The notes under the pieces are model-generated. The model saw nothing but the letters and a program-made list of their open reading frames with translations. It had not been told where the DNA came from and did no database searches. From the NCBI GenBank assembly GCA_051362555.1, contig CM120640.1:26274225-26338224 (forward strand): 64,000 nt of DNA, read 5' to 3'. A program made the position numbers and the translations under genes. Each line of letters begins with the position of its first letter. Position 1 is the stretch's first letter. Below are positions 38,675 through 52,700 of this stretch, in pieces. This stretch comes from Lingula anatina (lineage: Eukaryota; Animalia; Brachiopoda).

Positions 38675-41600
38675 TTAACAGCATAATGACCGTCAATTTT
38701 TAATAATAAAATACACATATCATGGATTTTCACAAAATGTGACTAGCATGGGTCTTCAAGCCCGTGGAACTTCAAAGTCACACCTTGAAAATGCCAATAT
38801 GTGAAAAATTAAATTTTCACAAAATAACTCTTTAACTGGCAGTAAGAATTACCAAACAGACTGTATTTCCTACTGAAGCTGTATTTTAGTCCCATGTTTC
38901 TTTCCTATAAGTTTGAGAACAGTAAATGACATGGTTTTTCTTAAATGGTCATCATGGGAGCAGTGCCCAAAATAGTTTTTTTTTCAAATTTTGATGCAAT
39001 ATTACATAATGTTTAACAGCATAATGACCATCAACTTTAATGGATATTCAGAAAATGTGAATAGCAAAGGTCTTCAGGCTCATGGAACTTCAAAGTCACA
39101 ACTTGAAAATGCCAAAATGTAAACGAGACAGCACTGTTCTGAAATGTTTTTTTTTTTTTTTTCATTTTTAACAATTTTTAACATAAAACAAAATTAACAG
39201 TTTTCTGCCGTTTTTATATGATCAACTAAGAAAATTGATGAGATGGGAAAAATATCAACAGAGCAGTGTTAAATGTCCAATCTCTTCCATTCTGAGATTC
39301 TGAACATAGTGAATGATTGAAACTGACAAACTGCAATGATATGAGTTTATTTCCATTTTTGAAACTTTATTAGACAATACACGATAACAACTTTACCATC
39401 ATTTTTACATAATCAACTAATAATGTTGTAAAATTGCAGGAAATGCCAAACAAACACTTTTACGTATCTTATTAGTTCAATAATGAAACTGTTTACATGC
39501 CTAAGAATTAAATCTGAGGAAATGTGAAAAAACTGCATTTCTTTAAAATAATGGCCCGATTATGCTGATTTTTTAACTTAACCTGCGTTTTAGCAGGAAT
39601 GACCACTCCTGTGAGTTTAATGACAATTGGCCTATCTGTTTTTCTTATATTGTGTTTACAGTGTTGCATATATGCTGAAAAGTGAAAAAAAAAAGCATAA
39701 CTACTAAAATAGTGGCCCGATCATGCCGATTTTCGAACTTGACCTGCATTATAGTAAGATCGATTACTCCTGTGAGTTTCATGACAAAAAGCTTATCGGT
39801 TTTCCTTGAAATGTGTTTACAGTGTTGCATATGCTGAAAAGTGAAAAAACAGCATAACTTCTACATTAATGGCCCGATCATGCTGATTATCGAACCTGAC
39901 CTGCATTTTATGAATATTCATCAGCTCTGTAAATATACAGCCAAAAAGTAAAACTGCCTTCCACTTATCGTGTTTACAATGAAAGTGCATGGCGCCGGCG
40001 ACAGCGACAGTGACGGCAACGACGGTGACGACAGACGCAGGTGATGGCAATATGTACAGACACATCTGTACATATTAACTGTACTGTTTGAGAACAGTAA
40101 GTGGCATGGTTTTTCTTAAATGGTCATCATGGGAGCAGGGCCCAAAATAGGTTTTTTTCAAATTTTGATGCAATATTACATAATGTTTAACAGCATAATG
40201 ATCATCAATTTTTAATAATAAAATATTAGTATCATGGACAAATAGTAAACGTGACTAACAAAGGTTTTTAGGCCGCTGGAACTTCAAAGTCACGCCTTAA
40301 AAATGCCAAAATGTAAACAAGACTGCACTGTTCTGAAATGGGTTTATTTCCATTTTTAACACTTTTTTAACATAAAACAAAATTAATAGGTTATTGCCAT
40401 TTTTATAAGATCAACTAAGAAAATTGATGAGATGGGAAAAATATCAATAGAACAGTGTTAAATGTCCAATTTCTTCCATTCTGAGATTCTGAACATAGTG
40501 AATGATTGAATCTGACAAACTGCAATGATATGAGTTTATTTCCATTTTTGACACTTTATTACACAATACAAGATAACAAGTTTACCATCATTTTTACATA
40601 ATCAACTAACAATGTTGTAAAGATGCAGGAAATGTCAAACAAACACTTTTACGTATCTTATTACTTAAATAATAAGGCTATTAACATGCCTAAGAATTAA
40701 ATCTGAGGAAATCTGAGGAAATGTGAAAAAACAGCATAACTTCTAAAATAATGCCCCGATTATGCTGATTTTCGAACTCAACCTGCGTTTTAGTAAGACT
40801 GACCATTCCTGTGAGTTTAATGACAGTTGGGCTTTCTGTTTTTCTTATATTGTGTTTACAGCGTTGCATATATGCTGAACAATGAAAAAACCGCATAACT
40901 ACTAAAATAGTGGCCCGATCATGCTGATTTTCGAACTTGACCTGCGTTTTAGTAAGATTGATTACTCCTGTGAGTTTCATGACAACAGGCCTAACGGTTT
41001 TCCTTAAAATGTGTTTACAAGGTTGCATATATGCTGAAAAGTGAAAAAACAGCATAACTTCTACAATAATGGCCCGATCATGCTGATTTTCGAACTTGAC
41101 CTGCGTTTTATGAATATTCATCAGCTCTGTAAATATAAAGCCAAAAAGTAAAACTGCCTTCCACTTATCGTGTTTACAAGGAAAGTGCACGGCGACGGCA
41201 TCGGCATCGGCATCACCATCGGCGACGGCGACGACAGACGCAGGTGATGGCAATATGTACAGACACATCTGTGTCTGTACATAAAAATGACCCAATCACG
41301 CTGATTTTCGAACCTGACCTGCGTATTATGAATATTCATCAGTTCTGTAAGTTTCAAGCCAAAAGGTAAAATGGTTTTCCACTTATCGTGTTATCAGTGC
41401 TGCATATATGCTGAAAAAAGTGAAAAAACAGCATAAATTCCCTATAAGTAACCCGATCATGCTGATTTTCGAACTTGACCTGCGTCTTATGAATTTTCAT
41501 CAGTTCTGTAAGTTTCAAGCCAAAAGGTAAAATGGTTTTCCACTTATCGTGTTATCGGTGCTGCATATATGCTGAAAAAAGTGAAAAAACAGCATAACTA

Positions 41601-43719
41601 CCCTAAAAATGACCCGATCATGCTGATTTTCGAACTTGACCTGCGTATTACGAATATTCATCAGTTCTGTAAGTTTCAAGCCAAAAGGTAAAATGATTTT
41701 CCACTTATCGTGTTATCGGTGCTGCATATATGCTGAAAAAAGTGAAAGAACAGCATAAATTCCCTATAAGTGACCCGATCATGCTGATTTTCGAACTTGA
41801 CCTGCGTATTACAAATATTCATCAGTTCTGTAAGTTTCAAGCCAAAAGAAAAGACAGTTTTCCACTTATCGTGTTATCGGTAAAAGTGCACGGCGACGGC
41901 GACGACGGCGACAGCGACGGCGACGACAGACGCAGATGATGGCTATATGTACAGACACATCTGTGTCTGTACATAAAAAGGCATAACTTCACCAGAACTG
42001 AACCAATGGAGCTTATTTTCGAACTCCATCTGTATTTCAGTAAGACTGATCACCCCTGTAAATTTCAAGACAATTGGCCAATTGATTTTCCTTGAAATGC
42101 GTTATCGGTATTGAATACATGCTAAAAAAAGTGAAAAAACAGCATAACTTCCATAAAATGGGTCCAATCACGCTGATTTTCAAACTTGACCTGTGTATTA
42201 TGAATAGTCATCAGTTCTGTAAGTTTCAAGCCAAAAGGTAAAACGGTTTTTCACTTATCGTGTTATCAGTGTTGCATATATGCTTAAAAAAATGAAAAAA
42301 TAGCATAACTTCCATAAAATTGGCCCGATCATGCTGATTTTCAAACTTGACCTGCGTATTATGTATATTCATTAGTTCCATAAGTTTCAAGCCAAAAGGT
42401 AAAACGGTTTTTCACTTATTGTGTTATCGGTGTTGCATATATGCTGAAAAAAGTGAAACAAGGCAGCAAAGCTGTCAAATGTACAGACAAAAAACAGAAA
42501 ATAAAGACGCAAATAAGTGAAAAATCAAATTTTCACAAAAAACTGTTAAATTGCCAGAAAAATTTACCAAACAGACTGCGTTGCCTATTGAAGCTGTATG
42601 TTAGACCCATGTTTCTTTCCTGTAAGTTTAAGAACAGTAAGTGACATGATTTCCCTTAAATGGTCATCATAGGAGCAGTGCCCAAGATAGGGGTTTCTTC
42701 AAATTTTGATGCAACATTACATAATGTTTAACAATAAAATGACAATCAAATGTTATTAATAAAATATTAGTAACATGGACATTCAGAAAATGTGACAAGC
42801 AAAAGTCTTCAAGATCATGGAACTTTAAAGTCACACCTTGAAAATGCCAATATGTGAAAAATTAAATTTTCACAAAAAACTGTTTAACTGCCAAAAAAAA
42901 AAAAAAATACCAAACAGACTGCATTGCCTACTGAAGCTGTATTTTAGTCCTATGTTTCTTTCCTGTAAGTTTGAGAACAGTAAGTGACATGATTTTCCTT
43001 AAATGGTCATCATGGAAGCAGTGCCCAAAATAGGGGTTTCTTCAAATTTTGATGCAATATTACATAATGTTTAACAGCTTATCACAGATATTCAGAAAAT
43101 GTGACTAGCAAAGGTCTTCAGGCCCATGGAACTTCAAAGTCACACCTTGAAAATGCCAAAATGTAAACAAGACAGCACTGTTCTGAAATGGGTTTATTTC
43201 CATTTTTAACACTTTTTTAACATAAAACAAAATAAACATTTTACTGCCATTTTTATATGACCAACTAAGAAAATTGATGAGATGGGAAAAGTATCAATAG
43301 AACAGTGTTAAATGTCCAACTTCCTCCATTCTGAGATTCTGAACATAGTGGATGAATGCATCTGACAAACTGCAATGATATGAGTTTATTTCCATTTTTG
43401 ACACTTTATTACACAATACATGATAACAAGTTTACCATGTTTTTTACATAATCAACTAACAATGTTGTAAAGATGCAGGAAATATCAAACAAACACTTTT
43501 AGGCATCTTATTAGTTAAATAATGAGACTGTTAACATGCCTAATAATTGAATCTGAGGAAATGTGAAAAAAAAAAACAGTATAACTTCTAAAATAATGGC
43601 CCGATTATGCTGATTTTCGAACTCAACCTGCGTTTTAGTAAGATTGACCACTCCTGTGAGTATAATGACAATTGGCCAATCCGTTTTTCTTATATTGTGT
43701 TATCAGTGTTGCATTTATA

Positions 43720-44190
43720 TTGAAAAAAGTGAAAAAACAGCATAAATTCCCTAAAAGTGACCCGATCATGCTGATTTTCGAACTTGACCTGCGTATTATG
43801 AATATTCATCAGTTCTGTAAGTTTCAAGTCAAAAGGTAAAATGGTTTTCCACTTATCGTGTTATCGGTGCTGCATATATGCTGAAAAAAGTGAAAAAACA
43901 GCATAAATTCCCTAAAAGTGACCCGATCATGCTGATTTTCGAACTTGACCTGCGTATTATGAATATTCATCAGTTCTGTAAGTTTCAAGTCAAAAGGTAA
44001 AATGGTTTTCCACTTATCGTGTTATCGGTGCTGCATATATGCTGAAAAAAGTGAAAAAACAGCATAAATTCCCTAAAAGTGACCCGATCATGCTGATTTT
44101 CGAACTTGACCTGCGTATTATGAATATTCATCAGTTCTGCAAGTTTCAAGTCAAAAGGTAAAATGGTTTTCCACTTATCGTGTTATCGGT
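43720..44190. repeat. 161-bp satellite, homogeneous 3-copy block (further blocks at 36880-37530 and 41285-42455)
   Basis: CATAAATTCCCT at 43741, 43902, 44063 (period 161). Confidence 0.92.
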
Positions 44191-46716
44191 AAAAGTGCAC
44201 GGCGACGGCGACGACGGCGACGGCGACGACGGCGACGGCGACGACAGACGCAGATGATGGCTATATGTACAGACACATCTGTGTCTGTACATAAAAACAG
44301 CATAACTTCCATATAGATGGCCATATCATGCTGATTTTCGAACTTGACCTGCATATTATGAAAGCTCATCAGTTCTGTAAGTTTCAAGCCAAAAGGTAAA
44401 ACGGTTTTTCACTTATCATGTTATCGGTGGTCAAAGTGCACGGCGACGACGACAGACGCAGGTGATGGCTATATGTACAGACACATCTGTGTCTGTACAT
44501 AAAAATCATAGAATTCCGAGGGAAATGCTCAGTTCAAATTTTCGAGAACAAAATTTGAGTGTAATTTTCATGTCTAACTGAACCAACATGCAAATTGTTT
44601 TGGGATTGGACATTCCTTAATGCTGAGAAATATATTACCATCTATATCACCTTGTATCACTAGGATCCATTTCCTTATCCTTTTCTCTTTATATTTGTAT
44701 AAGAGCAACCTTGCTTTAAAATAAATAAATTTACCGTTTGCAAATGCACAAAGTCTTAATTCAGTTCCATTTACGTACAACAATATCAAAGAAAAGGTCA
44801 ACCCCTACACATTTAATACACCAATCTTTATTTCAATTCAGTTCATATGCTACATCTCTGTACAAGTTTTATTGGCTTCATTCAAGACAAAGATGAACAC
44901 CAGGTTAACAACAAGTAAGGTGATCCGCAACTGGAATTAATGCTACTATATATATATGTTCAATATTGATGAAGAAGAAAGCAGCATATAGTACTTGTCA
45001 AATTACTGTGAATATTCTTTTGAGCTGACCACATGAACCTACAAAGTAAAGGATGAGAAAATGATGCAATGGTGATTAAAATTACTAATAACAACGGAGT
45101 GAAATTTGATATGCTTTCGCCAGACTAATTTACACTTATATTAATTTTTTTCTTGTGATTGACAGAGCAATATTGTTTTAAGACAGGCATACCAAATTAA
45201 CATGCCACCCTTCCCTTAAATTATGCAAAAATCATTTTTAATGGAATGTCTTGTACATTACCTCAAAATGAAAAAGGGGAGAATTGATTTTGAAAAAGTT
45301 ACTACATCAATTTTAAACAAAATGATTTGACCTGATAGGAACACTAGTACCTGCAGAGAAAGCAGCTGGACATACTTGTAACCAAAAAGAAAGTTGGAAT
45401 ATTCCATCAATGTATTCCATACAGCAAAAAAAAAAAAAGGTAACAAATTGCAAAAAGAAATATTTTATATTGCACACTAGCAGTCACTCATGCAGATGAA
45501 GATAATGACTCTTTATCTGTACAGGAATACATGTATGACATCAAAGTTATTTTCTTCAAGTCCATTCACAGTATACATTTGTTTAAAGAGTAAGGTAAAC
45601 CATCAAAAAAAAAAAAAAAAAAATGATACTTTCAATCATAAATAAATTATACACTTCCACCTTTTGCAAAATTCATGATGCCCAAAATGCACATTATGAG
45701 AAAAAGATGCGTAGTTTACCTTAAATCCAAAAAGGAAGTAATAGTATGCAACAAACAATACAAAGAAGGGGGATTACAACACCTGTTACCAAGGAAAAGC
45801 AAAAGTCACAACTGACAGAGCTTTAAGTGGTATTACAAACAATGTCCTTTTGAACCGTACTGCAAGATTATATGGCCAGTAGGTTTTTTTCCAACTAAAG
45901 ATTGCATGAATAATGGCATTTGTAAATGACTGCTGCATATAAAAGCCACAAAGGCAATACACATTTGGTTACAGGTACAATATACAGCACGTTGTACCAT
46001 TTCAAATGGTAGAAGTATATATTAATATGTTTAAATGATCACAACTAATGAATACATTCATTCTAGAAATCATTTCCTTAAATAATGTTCAACTAAATAA
46101 ATCTCAAATGAACCATTATTTACAATAACAATAAAACTTGCACTTTCCCCTTTGGCAATAGAAAGAATATTACTTAGCATGAAATATATCATTAATAATT
46201 CGTAAATTTGCACTGTTGGGTATGTATGTAGTCTTTGCAATTTTCTACAGCAATTTAATACTACATGCAGAAAGAAACTTAAACATTATACAACATTATT
46301 TCATGCCTTAACAGAGTAATGTTCAGTTTCACTAGTAATAGTTAAAATTGCTTCATATTAGATGTTCATTCTATATAAAGTATAGAAACAGCATAAAAGG
46401 AAGTGGTAGATTTACAATATCAGAAATGTATGACATCTTCCTCTTGACTAGAACCAATCATAACTTGTTAATATCTGCAATAACACACAAACCCAAATTC
46501 AACTGCTGACATAAACTGCACTGGAACACTATTGTTTGATGGAAACAGAAGATCTCTCCCATCACATCTGCTCAGTGTTTTCTTCAATCACAAATCGTGT
46601 ACCAAACTTTGAGCAATGCTCCTGAAGTCTCAGTCTTCAGCTAAGATCTTTGCTCCAGCTAATCTCTACTCTCCTGCGGCATGTCTTAGACAATTCTACG
46701 ACTGCAAAATGAATTC

Positions 46717-49700
46717 CTAGAACTGGTACCATTTTTTGTCTTTGTAATGCTGAGACAAGGCATGTGCTGAATCACGATAACTCTTAGCCTTGTCCATCAT
46801 GGCTGCCGTACGCATTTCTAATTCTCCCAATTTTTCGCCCCTCTCCATGGCAAGCTGTAATAAAGAGCATTATAATAAGTGTCTATAGCTTAACAAGATG
46901 AAACAAATTCCCTTCATCCTGAGAAACTGACACAAAGTCTGTACCAATGTGAAAGAGAGAATGTAACATAGGAGGACCAGAGGAATGATTAAATGGATGA
47001 AAGTTCTTAATGTGAAAGGTGATAAACCTTAGTGACATGAATCTACTGTGAAGAACCATTATATATTACCATTTTTGCTCTCCCAATCTCTGAAGTTGCT
47101 GAAGCAGCTGATGCCTGTGCTGAGGCCATGCCACCAGGTATATGCTTCGCAAGACCTTTAGCTGCCTTTCCACTCGTTTCTCCAACTGAAATGGAAAATA
47201 TAGGATCAGTGTACTGTCCCTTTTTCAGGTTTTAACTTTTTAACAAGTGCATGTAATGAAAATGATTCACTTAATTTTTACCATTGTTCAGAACGAAAAA
47301 AAAAATCCTGCAGTTCATCAGTATAATCTACTTTTTTTCTGATATAAAGAAATTTCCCCATTACACACAGTCAAATCAAGATGGCATCCTTCTAAGTTTA
47401 CAACCTAGCTAGTTACTTACATAGCTGCTCCCTGTCCAATGTCTGTGTTCCACCACTAAACAGGTTCTTGAAAAATCCTTGCTTTGGCTGTTCAGGGGTC
47501 TCACAGGGAAGAAACAAATCACCCAACATTTCATTTAGACTTTCCCTGCAGAGATAATAAAATATCATAGAGTAATTATAAATCAAAAAATATTCTTTTT
47601 AACTGGCAATACGCATTAAAACACAACCTTCTTGTGTAATATGTTAAAATGTACAACACCTCACACATGCATATATTACTAACATGTCTGTAAACTATGG
47701 CATATATAATCTTTAGTAATTGACATATCTTACGTGATTTCAGCAGAGAAAGCCACTTTCTGTACTTCATTGGGTGAACACATGTAGAGGGCATGACCAT
47801 TGTTACTGATGCAGAAAGACCTGGCCATTCTATAATAGACAATTAACACATAGAACTAAATCAACTCTTCAACTATTATTGGATATAAAAGGGTATAAGA
47901 GCTATTATTGTATTCAACGGTATAAGAGCACTTGTGCTCATTATATCGCTCAATAAATCAAATGATTCACACCCTGAATATGGTTATACACCATCTTCTC
48001 ATCTGATAGATTTGTTGTGAATCTTTTTCACCAATAAACAAAAAAATTAAGTTGCTACATTTTCCTTCTCAAATGTACTTTTACATTATACACTGGTTCT
48101 AAGACTATGCTATACATAAATATAGATCATCACAGAAACTGATGTCTTAATAAAATATGATCTTAATGGAGAACTAAGAAAATTGTATTATTCCTATAAT
48201 ATATATATAAACTCCACCCAAAGAAGCAGTAACAATAAAACAGTATGCAGTAACAACCATGTTTACTATATTATACAGAATGTCTTAAAACAGAAAGCAT
48301 TTTACTAGAATCTAACAAAAGAAAAATAACATTTAGTATGCAGATTTGCTTTTCATACAAACATTTAACATATATAAAACCTAAAATGATGGCAAAAGAG
48401 GTGCAAATATACCAAAATATGTCAACAAATAATTTTCAAAAACAACTAGAGGAGTATCTTACGTACAGGGTCAGCCCTTCCTCATAGGCAGCCATGTCAG
48501 AGTATGGTTGACTGTTGAAATAAATAAAAAATAAACAACAGGTAACAATCAGGGTGGCTAAAAAGGATAACTAAAAACCAAATGAAAAAAACAGGTGTGA
48601 ACATCTGAAGCATACACGTAGTAACATCCAGTTAGATCTTGAATTCCTATCAATTAGTTGATTGAATTGGCATCATTAAGGAGATTACTGAGGTGTACAA
48701 TATACTTTGAAATTATTATACTAACATACAACTGAGTGAAAATCTACAATACATGTGTTGAGAGACTCATGTGCTCTTATCTACATGGCAAGTCAGAAAG
48801 ATGGCACTAACAATAACACATTTCTCAGCAAAAGAATAAATAAAAATCCAACCTAAGTCCATATTGAAATCTGTGCATGTGTGTGCTATTCATGAAACCA
48901 CACGTTGAAATTTTCTATATATTTCATTCGTCTATTGTATTATTCTAATAAGCGAGTATTGCAATGCATTTAACAAAAAGGCAAATAACGAAAAAAAAAA
49001 AATGTAAACCTAAAATGAAACAAAAATAACATGTAATGTACCTAAGTAAGACTAACATCAAAATAAGTGATTTTTGGATGGAGCACGATTCTATTCGGAC
49101 TAGAAATATCTTAACAATTACAGAATCCCAGATGATGATTCTTGTGACATATAAAACTCCCATACTTCACAACTTCACCTGAGATCAGTCAGTGATAAGA
49201 AATCCATATCCATCAAAACTCTGAGGCTCGGCAAACTGAAGACCATTAGACGGCCACTGGCAATGAAACATACCAAGCATACGCTATCTGGAATGCACAA
49301 ACAATATAACACTAATATAACAAGATTTAACAAACATCTCAATCTTCAATCTTTAAGTTTTTCTTTAACAGTTGTATACATGTGGTATAGGCTGTTACAT
49401 TTCAACTGTATATGTATGCTGATCTGTGCAACTAATTGGAGTCATTCTTCATTTGTAACTATACTGTTCATAAGTGAACTTCTCCTAGTCTGTATATTGA
49501 TATAAAATACAAGTACACTAATCAATTCATGCTGACAACTATGCACACAACTCAGACAAATCTTGAACTACACTGTAATCTTAAAGAAATGTCAATTTAG
49601 AAACAGTAATAAATTAAAGCAGTTTTTTTGTCAAACAGCACTTCCCATTACTATAAAAAACCCATAAATCATTATAAACCCTTCACCCCTCACAGCAAAA

Positions 49701-52700
49701 GATAGCTGGTCATTTTTTAGTATTAATTACTCATTAAAAATATTTTTTAAAAATATTTCAAAAAATATTTGAAAAAGGGATTTTCAATACATGTCAACTC
49801 AAACATGCACATAAAAAATAACCAAAATGGAACAGAATAACGAAAGCAATAATATATTAAACTGTATCCAGTCTTTAAACCAAAGAAGGTGAAGGTTGAG
49901 ATTGAAGGTGATCTTCACTGTATACAATTTTATTTTTACCTTTTTTTTTTACTTAAAACATGCAACTTCGAAGACCAATGATGTGAAACATTCCCAAAAG
50001 TCAGCAAACAAGTTTCTCACTACATGACCTCACTATCAACAAGTTCTAAACAAATTCAAGAAAGCACACAAAAACATGCAAATGGATGAAAAAATGATAC
50101 CTTCATCAAGTGACCAGCCTTAAGAATGAAAAACAACATTTACAACAGTTTTCAGCCATTGGCAACTATTCTCTGTGCAGGTACTAAGCTAAAAATCATA
50201 ATGATGCTTCATGCAGAGATGAATATGTTTACTTTTAGTGGATTAAAATTTGTACCATTGCTTTCATTTTGTTGTTGTATGCCATGCAAAATGTAATACT
50301 TTAATTACTATCATTTTTATTTCTACTCTTGAACTGTTTTGCTTCACTGTAATTGCTGTGGTAACATTAATTCTTTTCATTACAGATGGTAAAATTCACA
50401 TCACAGATAAGGTGCAACAGGGTTAGCAGGTTGGTTTCATGGTTGGAGTGTTCTTGAAGGCTACTGCAACATTTCACTGTGGGCGCTCACCACAACAGAC
50501 TGTGTACATGCAGTGACACAACCTAAGTTATGCTAACAATGTTGTCAGCATTAACTACATAAAACCACATCACCATGTTAATGGATACTGGGTATTAGCA
50601 TACATAATTTTCATTTTATACTACCACATGGTGAAACAAATACACTTTATACAATGGACATTGTTACCAATTCACCCTCCAAACAGCACATTTATCTATT
50701 TGTTTACCTTTCATGGCTACCACCTCAGCTTTGGCCACATATGAGGTCTCTGTGACTTTGACTTTATATGCACATGTCTGAGAGGGTAGAGACATCACCT
50801 TAAAAGAACAAAGAAACATTACAATTATGCAGCTGTAGGCAATGCCAACATATATTATGTCCTCATCTAACTGCACTAGGCTGACAAGATCAAATTTTAA
50901 GTATTTACGTAATGCAGAGGGTGAGCTTATACAGTATCACCAAATTCAGAGCGCAGAAGTGTCTCACGGAGCTCTTGAATATGTTTAAAAACCTTGGGTC
51001 TGCTTTTTAAGGTCACCAAATTGTTGTCTTTATAAAAACGGTTTGTATTTTATGTTCATTGCTTTGTATTAATTTCTTTCAGCACATGCATCCTACCCTG
51101 GCCTGTTTTTCTGAGCAGATAATAGCAAACTGTCTATCACACATCTCAGTTGAGGCAGTTGGAGACATCCTGGGCTTATTTCCACTCAGTGATATTTGCC
51201 CTACAATGATAGATACAAAACAATTAAGATCAGTAGAGACAAAATCATACTTAAGAACAGATCACACAAAGACATTTCATTCAAAATTCATATTATACTT
51301 CTGCTTCTAAAAGGTACTCTATATGGGATTTACATGCCAAAATGAATTTTTCTTGAAAGGGGGGAGGGGGGTCCCCTGCTCATGAATCACTTCTCAACCT
51401 GTCTCTGCACTTGGATTCAACATTTTATTTCATTTACTGATTTACAAGGGCGAATCCAGAGATATTTTCTGACAGTCTTCCAAACTATCTTTGTTGATCC
51501 ATCCTCCATTTTTGACTGTCTTCCGATAAAAAAGGTAGATACCCGTCAATGTAAACTTGAAAATCTGACTGTCTTCCAGAAGACCCAGAAGACTGCCTCA
51601 AACCACCCCCGATTTAGTACTAAATGACTGGCCAGTCAAATAAAATGCCATGTCTTCCTGTGCACTTCAGAGGGAACTATCCAAGTCAGATACTTATATT
51701 TCAGGGGGGTTTATGGGAAAGTAAAGTAGCTTTGCAGGATATGTAAACATAGAATATATGACTTCAGGAAATTTCAAAATCATACAGTATACCTTCAATT
51801 GTGGTCCTGAAGTATTTACTGTAGACATGTGAACTTACTGTCTGTCTGTGGCCTATTCCTGGCTTTCTCCTCTCTGCCAGCATCCCTCCACTGCTCTGAC
51901 ACCGCTGGGATGAGAATACCATTGCAATCCAGGAAAGACATGGCCAGAATTGCACCTTTTAAACGAAATATTGTACCTAGAAGAGGAAAAAATCTTTCCT
52001 TTGAAATCTGGTCTTCAACAAGTTAGAATACTTTGAGAACTGACAATAAGATTATGCGTATCTTACAGTGTATCACTTGTTTACTTTTATCTTTTAAAAA
52101 AGATGTCAGATTTTTTTTTTTTTACTTTAGATGTGAGATAAATATGAGAGTACAAAAGACAAGTGAAAAAACCAATATCCAATTTTTTAAAATAAGGTAT
52201 TCCTTTACCTTAAACAGAATACTTGATGAAACAATGACACATATATGCACATGAATGCATATGTTTACACAGGTGCACGCACACGCACACACACACACAC
52301 TCACCACTGGGTGATACAATAACAGGTTGGTTAAGCCTCTGTTCTCCTGGTGGTGGAAGGTTGAGGACAATTACTATCACAGATCCCAGGCTAGTGCCTA
52401 CCCACAAACATGGACATGTGAAAGCATCTGGAAGATCAACAGGTATTGTTGAGATATTGTGGTTTTACAATTTTACCACTATAAAACAAAGTACTGTATT
52501 TTTTGTCTCCCTGTTCTTGTATTTGGTTACAGTATATGACACATAGAAAAACCTATGTAAAAACTATATTATTTCATGTTGGGTAATGGTCACTTCCTAT
52601 TTATCTCCGCCAAGGAGGTTATGTTTTCACCCCTGTTTGTCTGTCTGTTTGTTTGTCTTTAACATAACTCGAAAAGTTATGGACCGATTTTTATGAAATT

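Larger units (their letters stand above)
31826..44505 (-). mobile_element. Cluster of nested/tandem Helentron-associated (HINE/DINE-1-like) non-autonomous elements with internal satellites
   Basis: 5' ends (palindrome ATGTACAGACACATCTGTGTCTGTACAT plus GAC/GGC microsatellite) at ~40055 (partial), 41255, 41947, 44265, 44473; 3' ends (subTIR plus GGCAGC-AAA-GCTGTC hairpin) at 34882, 38121, 42457; T-rich termini; no RepHel ORF. Confidence 0.8.

Noticed and set aside
39645-44387. ORFs up to 201 aa in the HINE cluster
   Set aside because: They are translations of the 161-bp satellite and GAC microsatellite, with no Rep or helicase motifs.
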